Notes: generated by a model not told the origin, from the letters alone. A DNA stretch of 50,756 bases from Fistulifera solaris (GCA_030295235.1 AP026128.1:1364001-1414756); one strand, 5' to 3'. Shown: positions 21,995 through 34,632, numbered from the stretch's first letter. Program-made: numbers and translations.

Positions 21995-22255
21995 GCTGTG
22001 ACCCCATTGCTGCTCCATATCTTGCTAAACTGATTGAGAGGGTTGTAAATGAGTCGTTCTTGTTCTGTCCCAGGCTGAAGATTTCGTAATTCGTATGATT
22101 AACTAACTACAACTGTACCCCGTACCAAATACATCATGCATTCATGTTATTTTGTTCATGACTGAATTCCAGTCGTGGTGACATGTTTCGTTGCGCTCAT
22201 ATCGACAACCAAGACGATTTCAATGGCTTTTCTTATTCCTTTTATTATCACTAAA

Positions 22256-23251
22256 ATGTCACGCAAAGTAATTCTAACAAACTCAAGAGGGGTTCAAGTC
22301 AATATCTTGTCGTTGGGGGCGACAATACAGTCGTGGACGTACAATGGCTTTGATATTGTGTTAGGTTACGATACAGAAAAGGAGTATCGCGAAGGAGATT
22401 TGTATTTTGGCGCAGTTGTAGGACGTGTAGCAAACCGAATCGCCCATGGGAAGTTTCGCCTAAATGATCAAGACTATCAACTAGCTTGTAATAACGGATC
22501 GCATCATCTTCACGGAGGACCGAAAGGCTTTCACAGAGTTATGTGGGAAATCGAGGAAGCGGACGAATTGTCAGTTCGTTTTTCTTACGAAAGTCAAGAT
22601 GGGGAAGAAGGCTATCCAGCTCACTTGATCGTCTATGTGAAGTATTCTTTGCATCCCCAACTAAATGAATTAAGCGTGGAGTACGAAGCAAGAGTGCTAG
22701 ACAACGAAAAATCGACGCACATCAATCTAAGTCAGCACTCTTACTTCAATTTGTCGTCCGATCCTACTGTGGAAAACCATGTTATCACCATTCATGCCGA
22801 TTCATTTACTCCTACAGACGCGACTTCAATTCCCACCGGAAAAATTCGTTCTGTGCAAGGCACTGCCATGGATTTTCGTAGCCCCCGTCTCATTCGAGAA
22901 GCTTTGGAGCAGAGCCATAACGATGATCAAATACAGTGGGCGGGTGGCTTCGATCACAACTTTTGTTGCAACAAGGCCCCGAATGTGTTTGCTTTAGTTG
23001 CAAAAGTAGCGTGCGGTCCCCGTACACTTGAAGTCTGGACGACCGAGCCCGGGGTGCAGTTTTATACAGGCAATTATTTGCAAGGCAAGGGCAAAGGCGG
23101 TAGGAAATATGAAAAGCGAGCGGGACTGTGTTTGGAAACGCAGCACTTTCCAGATTCACCCAATCAACCCGATTTTCCCTCAACGCGCTTGAATCCAGGA
23201 GAGACATTTTATAGCAAAAGTATGTATCGCTGGTTGGAAAACAGCGCGTGA
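22256..23251 (+). CDS. galM: Aldose 1-epimerase (galactose mutarotase)
   Basis: YFGAVVGRVANRIA, HHLHGG, EEGYP, NLSQHSYFNL, GFDHNF, GVQFYTGN, CLETQHFPDSPN. Likely start is MSRKV at 22256. Confidence 0.93.
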   Translation: MSRKVILTNSRGVQVNILSLGATIQSWTYNGFDIVLGYDTEKEYREGDLYFGAVVGRVANRIAHGKFRLNDQDYQLACNNGSHHLHGGPKGFHRVMWEIEEADELSVRFSYESQDGEEGYPAHLIVYVKYSLHPQLNELSVEYEARVLDNEKSTHINLSQHSYFNLSSDPTVENHVITIHADSFTPTDATSIPTGKIRSVQGTAMDFRSPRLIREALEQSHNDDQIQWAGGFDHNFCCNKAPNVFALVAKVACGPRTLEVWTTEPGVQFYTGNYLQGKGKGGRKYEKRAGLCLETQHFPDSPNQPDFPSTRLNPGETFYSKSMYRWLENSA

Positions 23252-23297
23252 GAAAAGACCGCGCTCCTCCTAGGGTGCTTAAGAGAAATTGGTGATT

Positions 23298-23768
23298 TTA
23301 TCGATTCGGGGGGCGTCGGATGAAGTTTCTCAAATCGCCCACAAATTGATGACGAATGATTTTACGTGCTTGGACTCCGTGCGATCTTATGTAAGCGCGT
23401 GACTCGTAAACTGCAAAACGCAGTGCCAACTGAGCCAGAGCCATTTTCATCCTTCCGTACTTTCCGGAAAGCAGATCCCGGTATTCTTGCATCACAACAC
23501 GAAAGTAACCTCGGCAGAACTTTACGAACAAATCATATTGCGGGTCTGTGCGAACATATTGGATCCATTTGCTGCCTATTTTACCGAGTTGTAGCAAGAG
23601 GAGAAACGATACGCCGTGCAGTATCCTGCCTTGCCGTAGGAGGGCCGATATCAGAACTGTTGCGTATATATAAAATGCATTAGAACTGGACCAAAACTGG
23701 TAGTTATTACCAGCTGTTTGCATTCTTACGTTCCCCGTCCATTTGTAATGTAGAGAAACCATTGTCAT
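23298..23768 (-). CDS. Hypothetical small membrane protein, paralog of 26317-26838
   Basis: Two hydrophobic segments, then KWIQYVRTDPQY...FRVVMQEY...GKYG, colinear with 26317..26838. Confidence 0.7.
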   Translation of the reverse strand: MTMVSLHYKWTGNVRMQTAGNNYQFWSSSNAFYIYATVLISALLRQGRILHGVSFLLLLQLGKIGSKWIQYVRTDPQYDLFVKFCRGYFRVVMQEYRDLLSGKYGRMKMALAQLALRFAVYESRAYIRSHGVQARKIIRHQFVGDLRNFIRRPPNR

Positions 23769-24136
23769 GTTGGTCGGTTTGGTTGAATTTTCGAGCCATT
23801 ACTCGTGTAATTGTGGGAAAAATGTGGGATGTAAACTTGCCCTCTATTGACACAAGATTTGTCTAAATAAAGGGCAAGTACAGTAACAGTATAGCCCTAA
23901 AGAAGAAATTCTACATCAAGATGCTATTCGAAATCCGATGAGTCGTCCCTCATCGGATTCGAAAATAAGCATCGATGTTCGAAGAAGGTACCGGTACCAT
24001 AAGTTCCACTATCAACTCGTGTAGATGCATCGACGTGACACAATGGGAAGAGTAATTGGAATCCTTACCTCGACTAAACAATGAAATAGACTTGAAAACG
24101 GAGGATTATACGCATTAAAATAACCACGAGTATTGT

Positions 24137-25430
24137 TTAGACCCCCGACGTGATTTTCTGTGTCTGAAGTAACAGTCCAGTGGTCCTCCTGGCCCGGAAG
24201 AAACGAGCAATTCGACGAAAGGGTAGCAATTTTCTTGGAAAGTAAACGGCATCGACTGCGTCATCTCGCATAGCATTCCAAACTTGATCAGGTGTCCAGT
24301 CTGGATTGGCTTGCAAGTAGAGAGCGGCGGCTCCTGCCACGGCGGGAGCTGCCATGCTGGTTCCACTTAAAATTGCGTATGCGTCGTTGTCGAACCAGTA
24401 AGCAGAGTAAATATCTGCTCCTGGCGCGAATATGTCCACGCAAGAGCCATGGTTGGAAAAAACAGCAACCGCATCAAAGATATCACTAGCCCCGACGGTT
24501 ATCCCAGAAGGAACAAAAGAGGGAGAAGAATTACAGGCTTGCGTTGCTTCGTTGCCAGCAGCTACCACCACAACAATACCCGCTGCCACAGCGTCATCGA
24601 TAACCTCTTCGAATTCCGTAAATCGTCCTGGCCCACCCAATGACATGTTGATGACCTTAAGCGAGCCAGGGCTGTCTGCAATAACAAACTCTATCGCGTC
24701 AATGATAGTAGAGAATTCGGCAGTGCCGTCGACACCGAAAACCTTGACGGTCACCAAGTCGACATTCTTAGCAACGCCCACGTTCAAGCCTCCCACTGTC
24801 CCGGCAACATGGGTGCCGTGACCGTTTAGGTCTCCACAATCTTCGCCCACGACGAAGTTTTGTCCACAAGTGACTCTGCCCACAAGCTCTTGGTGAGTCG
24901 AACGAATGCCTGTGTCAAGGATGTATACCTTGACTCCTGTTCCGTCATAATCGTATTCGTAGCTGCCATCGAGTGGGAGAGAGGTCTGATCGACTCGGTC
25001 GAGTCCCCAAGTCGGATCTGTTTGCACTGTATCGATCGTGACAATAAAATCCTGCGACAGCGGCGTATGTAAGCAACATGCTGCGTGATCATGACGGCGA
25101 TTGAACACAGGTAAGTCGTCGGGCACTTACTTGAATGACTTTTTTGACACCCTTATCCTCCTTTAAAGCTGCCACCAGTTCCTCACTGATTCCTGCAACA
25201 GCGATTGCTTTCTGAAGTTCGCGAACAACACGGAAGGATTCGGAAGAAGCCACAGTCGATTCGGATGAGAAGAAGAGACGTTCATTTGTTGCTGTACGAT
25301 CGGCATCTTCATTGTAGTAAACGATGTATTGACCTGGAACCATCTGGGGTTCCTTCTTTGCCGCATGGACTCCATGATATGATGATACCACGAAGAGACA
25401 GAGAAAAAAGCTATGAATAGATCGGACCAT
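24137..25430 (-). CDS. Secreted subtilisin / proteinase K-like S8 peptidase with I9 prodomain; exons 25131-25430 and 24137-25051
   Basis: Signal peptide, PGQYIV prodomain, TWGLDRVDQ, ILDTG, GHGTHVAG, VAAGN, SGTSMAAP. A 79-nt GTAAG...GCAG intron at 25052-25130 joins in frame. Confidence 0.93.
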
Positions 25431-26316
25431 GATAACGAAGCACTCCTTTAGAGAGAAATTGTTGCTTTTTCCTCGTGCTCGTCGTGGTTTCGTCGAAAAT
25501 TATGAGAGGTTGAAACTCCGTGAAAGTCTTTTCGAGCTGAAGTCGCCAACTCCGAGATCCGAGATCGATGTTCCGCAGCCCGCAGCCCGCAGCCCGCAGC
25601 CAAAACCAAAACGCCCAATGTTGGACATTCGACACTTTTGCTTATTGTCACTAGTTAAGCAAACGTCAAACGTCAAAATAGTTAGCACACAAAAGCATTA
25701 CACTACTTTGGTGGCAGATATAACGATGTACGCCGGAATGACCACGAAACACGAAACTTGACACTTCATGACCAGAATCAGGCAAGAGGCAAGATGCCAG
25801 TTCTGCGACGTTTCTTAATCAGCCTTACTGCGACGCTGCGACGATTAGGTGCTAGCTAGAGCTAGAGAGTACGGTACTGGTAGTTGCGAGTTGCAAGTTG
25901 CGAGTTGCGAGTGTTGTGCGGGTTATCTATATGGTGGGAGTTGGGAGTTGTACGTTTAAGGTTATAGTTCGTGACTCAGAAATTCCCGCGATCTGAGACT
26001 GAGACACGCGACCTGGAAACGTGTTGCAACGATTGTGTCTGTACTTCGTAGTCTGTACCTGGTACAATGTACTACTACGGTACCTTGTACATTATTGCAA
26101 GGTTAGGTACCGGTAGGTCTACCGTACCTGGTACTTAATGATTTCAACGGACGGACCGCAGTTTCTGGTTCTCGAATATCGCAGAAACGATCGACCGCTG
26201 TTGTTCTTGTTATTGACGGCTGACCATAATAATAATATAATACGACATGCGACTCCTTCATTCCTGCAACTTTCATCACAATCAATCGTGTTGCTTATAC
26301 ATTCCTTGCCAACATA

Positions 26317-26838
26317 ATGCTTGCCGATTCTCCTCTTGTTCAAAGCAACAACGACCTTCGTTTCTGGACGAGTCGGATTGCCTTATGCATATATAGCAAT
26401 ATACTTCTCGCCTTGTTCTTTCGTCAGTTTTGGGTTCTTTACGGCGTAGCTTTCATTCTTACAACGCAAATCGCTATGGTGCTGCGAAAATGGGTAGCTT
26501 TCGTTGAATCAGATCCCCAATATAGTGAATTCCAAAAATTTATGCATCAAAATTTCCGTGTCGTGTTAGATGAATACGATAAACTAACAAACGGACGCTA
26601 CGGTTCCGCCAAGCTTGCGGCTGGACGCCTTGCGGCGGAAGTCGGCCTAAAAGTCATGATGGAAAAGCTTGTAAGAGCGCAAGGAAATTTTCGATCGATT
26701 CGAGACGCACTGGAAAATCAGTTGAACGAACATCGAATTTCGTTATCAAGGTATCAAGCAACTCAGCGTCGGTTGTCGTTTGCTACAGACGACTCGTCTT
26801 CCTCGTCATCTTTAACGTTTCGGGAAACAGATGCTTAA
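26317..26838 (+). CDS. Hypothetical small membrane protein, paralog of 23298-23768
   Basis: Two hydrophobic segments, then KWVAFVESDPQY...FRVVLDEY...GRYG. Confidence 0.72.
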   Translation: MLADSPLVQSNNDLRFWTSRIALCIYSNILLALFFRQFWVLYGVAFILTTQIAMVLRKWVAFVESDPQYSEFQKFMHQNFRVVLDEYDKLTNGRYGSAKLAAGRLAAEVGLKVMMEKLVRAQGNFRSIRDALENQLNEHRISLSRYQATQRRLSFATDDSSSSSSLTFRETDA

Positions 26839-27130
26839 AGTGACATCATCTTTGTACATATGCAGACGTGAAATCGTCTCTGGAAAGTCGACGTGAAGAC
26901 TTTCCAGAAGGTTAAATCAGTCTCGACATTGCTTTACTTTGGTCAACAAAACGAATGGTCTTCAATTGGGCTACATGTTTGTGTCCATTTTTTGACGATG
27001 AAGTGCGTCGTAGTTCGACACATTTTGCTTGATTGCTGGAAATCGTTGGCAACAATGGCTTGTAATTTATTTGTAAGTTCGTTTCAAGAGAAAATATTTG
27101 ATTCTTTCATCAGTTATTGTTATTTAACCT

Positions 27131-28219
27131 CTATCGCGAACGTATGCGGTCCGTCCAACTGGATGCTTTTCGTATTCGTCCTGCCAATTGGAGTAAATTA
27201 CTTTTCCATACAGGTGTGGCTTGTGCATCTTCATCTGTGATACGCAGAAGCAAGGATTCCTGCGAAAACGACTGCATAACCTTCTCGTCATCTTCGATAG
27301 GGCCATGTGTCGACCAGAATCCGGGAATTCGCTGCGAAAGACTCATTAAAGCGGAGGGAATAATCGCAGCTGGCTTCCCTCTCAATTGTAATGTGCAATA
27401 GCGACCATACCACACCGGTCCTTCTCCGTAACGTGTGTAATCTACGGTAGATGTATTTGCTGATGAGTCTCGCGCTAGGGTATACCGATAAGTTTCTTGT
27501 GCTCCAAATCGTTTCTCTGTCACACTATTTCCACCAAACTGAATGAGTTGTCGTCTTGGTGTCGGCGTCGCCGATGTCGAAGAAGAGGAAGATGGCTGAT
27601 TATTGAGCTGCCAAGGTGGTAGCATGGCCTCGTGTGGCTTCGAACGAGGACGCGCAAACGTCGTGATTCGCAAGATGTTGTCGGTAGAATGATCTACACT
27701 TGCAGCCGACCATAAAGATTGACCCTCCGGCCACTGCGCATGAATATACCATTTCGATTCATCGTTTCCCGCAGGATCCGGAACGTAAGTCACGGCCATA
27801 TCATAAACAGTTGCCGCTTGATCGAGAGGAATGATTCGTTTCGGACTTGTTGGCCTCAACTTGAAGAACTGAAGCCATCCTTCTTCTTTCTCCAGATCAC
27901 GATAAGCAAATAATCGACGAATTAAGGCGGATTCCGCTTTCGTTGGCGCTGATATCAAGGGCCTAGAAAGTCGACGGATCAATTCTAAACCTTCTACAGC
28001 AGCAATAGGCTGTCCTGTCATCGGATCATACAACGTTCCTTCATAGACCCATACTCCGTTTTTGCCACCATTTTGATTGCATCGGGTTTCAAGAAAATCA
28101 CTTAAATGACAATGACTTTTCCGGCTGTGCTCGGGAAGCGCAGAATATATCAGTTGAGAGTGATAGAATGATAAAATAGCAAAAAGAGCTATCCTTTGAC
28201 GATAGTTGATTGCTTTCAT
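27131..28219 (-). CDS. Hypothetical protein with signal peptide and a globular, beta-rich appearance
   Basis: Intact 362-aa ORF with an N-terminal hydrophobic stretch and conserved-looking blocks WVYEGTLYDP, VEGLELIR, FGAQETYRY and YTRYGEGPVWYG. No confident family. Confidence 0.7.
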   Translation of the reverse strand: MKAINYRQRIALFAILSFYHSQLIYSALPEHSRKSHCHLSDFLETRCNQNGGKNGVWVYEGTLYDPMTGQPIAAVEGLELIRRLSRPLISAPTKAESALIRRLFAYRDLEKEEGWLQFFKLRPTSPKRIIPLDQAATVYDMAVTYVPDPAGNDESKWYIHAQWPEGQSLWSAASVDHSTDNILRITTFARPRSKPHEAMLPPWQLNNQPSSSSSTSATPTPRRQLIQFGGNSVTEKRFGAQETYRYTLARDSSANTSTVDYTRYGEGPVWYGRYCTLQLRGKPAAIIPSALMSLSQRIPGFWSTHGPIEDDEKVMQSFSQESLLLRITDEDAQATPVWKSNLLQLAGRIRKASSWTDRIRSR

Positions 28220-28448
28220 CGTTTAAGAGACGCTTTGTTGGTTATAAACTATAATGGAAAGACGAAGGCATTCGTCTGGTTCTTCACAAACAATGAGTTA
28301 TCAGTACGATTGCAACTAGAACAGTCAACAACTGCAAGATTGATTTGAATTTGTGGTGACCGACGATCTTCAGCGAAAAGGATGGCCACATTTTCATCGT
28401 CGTCGTCCGCACTCCGCACTAGAAAAAATACGGCTACATTATTATTCA

Positions 28449-29548
<1,100 letters not shown>

Positions 29549-29589
29549 TTATGTGGCAGGCGCCCGTGAGAGGCGGAAAAGAAGTTAAG

Positions 29590-29862
29590 GTTAAGGGCAT
29601 GGAAAACCATTACAGTAAGGCTTACCAGTAGACTCGCTAGGTCTCTAGATTTCTACTCCGTATTATTGATTAAACAAATTTGGAATCATCGGTGTCTGGC
29701 GACATAAGGATAACAGAGATTCTGTCGTTAAGGGCATGGAAAACCATTACAGTAAGGCTTACCAGTAGACTCGCTAGGTCTCTAGATTTCTACTCCGTAT
29801 TATTGATTAAACAAATTTGGAATCATCGGTGTCTGGCGACATAAGGATAACAGAGATTCTGT
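29590..29862. repeat. Tandem duplication, two copies of about 136 bp (period 137)
   Basis: GTTAAGGGCATGGAAAACC...ACAGAGATTCTGT at 29590-29725 and 29727-29862. Confidence 0.92.
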
Positions 29863-29873
29863 ATAGATTACAT

Positions 29874-30478
29874 CAAACAAAGATACTATGGTCGTTCCAG
29901 AAATTCTGGAATCAGTAATTTGGGTCATACAAAAGTCTGTGTTCGTTCCAGAAATTTTGGAATCTATACTTTAGAACAAACAGAGATTCTGTGGTCGTTC
30001 CAGAAATCCTGGACCCATTGGTTTGCGTCAAACAGAGATTCTGTGCCCGGTCCAAAAATTCTGGAATTGTTGTGTTGGGTCAAACAGAGATTCTTTGATC
30101 GTTCCAGAAATTCTGTAATCGAAGCTTTGGATCAACCAGAGATTCTGTGGTCGTTCCAGAAACTCTGGAAAATGTGTTTTGGAACCAACAGAGATTCTGG
30201 GGTCGTTCGGAAATTCTGGACCCGTTTTTGGGTTCAGACATAGATTCTGTGATCGTTCCAGAAATTCTGGAATAGTTGTTTTGGGTCAAACAGAGATTCT
30301 GTGGTCATTCCAGAAATTCTGGAATCTATATTTTGGATCATAGAGAGATTCTGTGCCCGTTTAAGAAATTCTGGAATTGTTGTATTGGGTCATACGAAAG
30401 TCTGTGGTCGTTCAAGAAATTCTGGAATCTATATTTTAAATCCAACAGATATTCTGTGGTCGTTCCAGAAATTCTGAC
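29874..30478. repeat. Degenerate ~52-bp minisatellite, about 12 copies
   Basis: Consensus is close to CAAACAGAGATTCTGTGGTCGTTCCAGAAATTCTGGAATxxxxxTTTTGGGT, with the internal dyad TTCCAGAA-A-TTCTGGAA. Confidence 0.9.
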
Positions 30479-31572
30479 GGAAAGCCCCGATCTTTAACAA
30501 AAAATGAAATCGTCCACCGAATCTCTGTGCCATCCCCGTCACTTAATCCATAATATTTGCAAGTGTCGCACAACTTGTGTTCGAGCCAATGCACTCGGGT
30601 CCAGAATAATTGGACCTATCGCAGAATTTCTGTGTGACGAAGATACCTGTGCCAGAATTTCTGGAATTAGGAAAAGGATATCTTACACGGAACATTCATG
30701 CAACACCATCACACGTGGCAAATATGGTGTTCTGCTTTAATTTCCGCCGTTTACACAACGCTTCTACTGGGTTGAGGATCTGCTGTCTGCTGGGAGCTGG
30801 GCGAATGGATTTCCGTAGTAATGTAGTATAATCAATTTAGTAGTAATGAGGCTAGATGGGTCGATGTTGTCAGTCTGCAGACGTCCCCGCAACGCAAGGG
30901 TTGATATCTCTGGTCTGGCATCGCCCGTTGGAGCCAGGTTGACACACACACATTCATGCAAACGCGACGCGCTCGTCGCTATTCTCGCCCATGTTCACCA
31001 TGAAACTTTGTATATTCCGATTGCATTGCAAAGGCAGCTATCTTTTTTGGTATAGGTAACCTTTAATAGGATACCTGGTATGTTGACACCTTGCAACGCG
31101 TCCCCGTAAATGGCCAGCTGGCAATGAGGACTCCCACGAGAAAAACGACACCCACAATCCACAACAGCGACACACTTCCTTCAAAAGAGCACTAGGCCAA
31201 AGAGAAAAAAAGGATTCTTGCGGGAAAGATGATCTATATCGTATGTCAGTAGCTGAAAGAGTGAAGGGATTATGTGAGAACACTGTTGTTTTTTAATCAA
31301 ATGTACAACCAGATCAAAAAATGAAGGACAAAACGCTTCCACTGCACACTTCCTCGTACACTTCAATATGCTTTCTAATCTTGAAAGGACTCCCACGGTA
31401 CATGACGTGTGAGTAAAAAGAGAAACAACCTTCTCTGGGCATTTTTATTTGACGAGAGACCTTTTCATTCGTCTCACAATTTCAGCTTTGATCAAGAATC
31501 GACGCAACTTCTTTTCGGAATACCTGGTATCTGATTCTTCGTTAACCTCTTCTCCTTTCATTCTGTTTCATC

Positions 31573-32519
31573 ATGCAACTCTCTGCTGCTTTGTTGAGTC
31601 TTTTTGAGTCAGAAGGCAACTGCTGAACCTTCTTCCGTTGCCATCGGCTTGCAGTGCAACAACGTGCCGATGGATCGCCTTAGCCATCGCGCGCATCTCA
31701 TTGTTGCTCAGGCTTTGCAAGATGCTTATCCGGCAGCTGCAAAGAGCGACGACTTCCTTTCTGATGTTCGTTTTGATCGTTCGCATGCGACCAAAGAGGA
31801 TGCTTTGACTTGGAATGGCACCTGGAACTATGGCTGCCGTCTCTGCCCTAACGACGATGATACTATGAGTGCGATACCTGTGGGCGCCTACATTGCCAAT
31901 TTGGGAGGTGACATCTCGCCGGCTGGTCTTCAAGCGTGGGAAACTGCTTTGGCGTCTGTGTTCCGCGCTACCGGGTATCCTGAATTGAAGAATGCTCGTG
32001 CCTGTCAGATCTCCTTGTATGATCAGAAGAATGAAGAGGAGGCCATGACGGACGTGTCCATCGGTGTTCTTTGCGGTGGTGTCGATGCAGGTGCGCTCGG
32101 TGCTGGGGTCTCGGCTCGCGCTCTGGAAGTTGCGTACAACAAAGTGCATGAAGCATTCAATGGCGGCGATAATCTCCTTTCTGGTGTTCACTTTGATCAA
32201 ATGCAGGCAGGCAGGCAAGGAAGCGAAACTCAAGTGGAACGGAACCTGGAACTATGGCTGCCGCTTGTGCCCCAACGACGATGATTCTATGGCCGGTAAG
32301 GTCTCGGAAGCACCCGTGGCTGAGTTCTTGGGCCAAATCGGATGCGCCTTTTGCGACCCTGAAGACAATATCTTGTTGACGGACGACGCGGCATTGCGTG
32401 CCTGGGAAGCCGAGTACACGGCAGCTTTGCTCGAAACTCATAGCGAGATCTTCGCCAACGTCGACGACTGCGTGATTGATATTATTCCCAGCACTGACGG
32501 TGCCACTTCCAAGGCCTAA
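31573..32519 (+). CDS. Putative secreted protein with two homologous Cys-containing domains, apparent frameshifts near 31603 and 32210
   Basis: The ATG at 31573 gives MQLSAALLSL..SQKATA|EP. Two copies of WNGTWNYGCRLCPNDDD, each followed by L[QR]AWE and a late Cys, lie in ORFs 31604..32284 and 32064..32519. Confidence 0.75.
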
Positions 32520-32700
32520 ACAAGGAGTTATAAAGAGTATGTCTCTAATACATCTATGAATTGATTCCTGATACATGTCTTTACTATGAGTAGACCAATT
32601 TTCACAATATGCCTTGGTGTGGGCTAGCTTCCAAACCTTATTTACAAGACAAACACAGCAAAACGTCGTCGACACACGGGGAATCGCTTGACAGAATCCT

Positions 32701-33839
32701 TCATGGTGATATGCTTCGATAGTTCCTCCTAGCTGGTGAATCTTCATCGCTGCTACAGCATTCAACAGTAAGTGTTGTGTATTCACTGCCGTGCTTGACG
32801 AGGGGAAAGAGCGTTTTGCCGTCAACAAACTCTGTTTCTTCATTCTCGTCACTGTCGTCGTCATCAAAAGATCACCGTATACCATGTCGTAGATTTGCTG
32901 GCATCGCCGTTTGCCGTACATTAGAAAAAGTGCCAATATGCAGACTAGACCCCCAACAAGTGACCACAATCGAACTCGACTATTATCTTCCACCAGCTCA
33001 GGAAAGCATCCAAAGTCCTTGGGAGGGTCTTCTGATATTTCGCATACTGTGGCGTCGATCCAGTCCGCAACAGCGCTAACACGTGCATTGATGGCCGGTA
33101 GATCCGGATCCGCGCATCCCACTCCCCAAGAAACGAGTCCCACCAACACTTCCTTGCCATGCTCATCCGTAGCTATAATAGGACCCCCACTATCGTAGTC
33201 GCATGCATCCTTGAGAGGCGTATGTGTACACAGGTTTGTTTCATGAATGCGCCCCTCGTAACTCGTCTCGCCATTGCTGGAAGCATTACAAGCAGCGTTC
33301 GACATAGTTTGCAATGTAACTTGCTGCAAGACATCCGGTCTCTCATCTGTGTCATCTCCTAAAACTCCCAAGCCCAACACGACGACATCTTGATGCTCAC
33401 TCGGAAATTCGTTGTTGCGATTGATTGCCAAGTAAGGCATTTTGGAAGAGCCTTGCAATTTGATGATCGTAAAATCAAATACCATGTCTTCAAAATCATC
33501 ATTTCGGTCAAATAGAGGATGCCGAAAGGCATGCTGCAATCGAAACGACTCTTGATAATCGTCATAGGAGTAGGCGCCGACATGTGGATGCACCCGATGC
33601 ATGTGCTCGCCTTTGCAATGACCGGCCGTCAAGATGATATCCGGAGCAATTAGAACTCCACCACAGTAGTCTTCCAGAGTACAAAAATACGGAAATTGAG
33701 TTGGATCAGCGTCGGCTCCGTTCACAATTAACGAGCGGTGCTCAGTATCGACTAATTGTTGCGTCGTTGCGAATGATGATGATGAAGAAGAAAGCGAAAA
33801 TTGCATCAACGCAAACAAGAAAATTGATGATTTGTTCAT
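32701..33839 (-). CDS. Membrane-anchored trypsin-like (S1) serine protease, apparent frameshift near 32875 in the tail
   Basis: Signal peptide, R-S-L-IVNG activation site, CGGVLI, LTAGHC, DFTIIKL, DACDYDSGGP, GLVSWGVGC, and a C-terminal TM helix. An acidic tail in the alternative frame ends at TGA 32701-32703. Confidence 0.9.
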
Positions 33840-34632
33840 CGCCTTGATGTAAAGAGCAGATTTGTACAAAGACAAGCGAGGGAATGAGGGCTTGAAGAGA
33901 AAGTTTGCGGATCAACTGTCTTTCGTAGCAGTTTGTGATCGTAATGCGTCAACTCGTTGACGACGACTCCTCGTTGACTCGTTGAGCCGATGAAATCTTC
34001 TATCAGTGACACAAAACTCAAAAACCCGACACGCTCGAGCATCGGCACGCAAGAAAGCAGCGTGATTGATGGCTTGTGACCGCGAAAGTGAAAATTGTTA
34101 TCGGCTTTGCGTTAGATGTTTGACAACAAAAGACCTTCAAGGTGTCAACAAACGAGTGAGAGCGTGTGAACTTTTTCTTTCCATTTCTCCTCCGGTGTCA
34201 AAGTTCTCACGCCAAACACAGTAGAATTTACTGTACTATCTGTTTAGAATTTTACCATTGACAATGCTGTACGTCATTCGAAAACAATTCTCAGTATCAT
34301 GCCAAGTGTATAAAGAATCGAATTTCTGACCAAATTCGGCAAATTGGCGAGCCCGTCGACGTTGTACCGTTGTACCACATTGACATTTTACATTTAATTA
34401 ACAAGCTCGGAGCGACGTTTTACGGCACTGAGCACCTCTTTCCGTCTGTCCTTGCCGCATTCGCCGAAAGTTGAAAGTCGGCCGCAAAGACGAAAAAAAA
34501 GATCCGATGAACTTTCGTGACGCTTTTTGGCGTCGGCATTCGTTTAGTTCGTAGACCTTTTCGCATTGCATGTCAAATAAACCTTCCATTTTATCAGTAA
34601 TATACGACTTCCCTTCACATAACATACAAACA

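Noticed and set aside
25573..25912. (CCGCAGC)n and (GTTGCGA)n heptamer runs upstream of the subtilisin gene
   Set aside because: Only 3-4 units each. These are ordinary short tandem repeats with no further support.
29874..30478. CRISPR-like look of the palindromic ~52-bp repeats
   Set aside because: The context is eukaryotic, the repeats are degenerate, the intervening parts are short and related to each other, and no cas genes are present.
32157..32700. C-terminal extension of the 572-aa trypsin ORF overlapping the opposite-strand gene
   Set aside because: It is better explained by a frameshift near 32875. The alternative frame gives an acidic tail ending at 32701 with no overlap.
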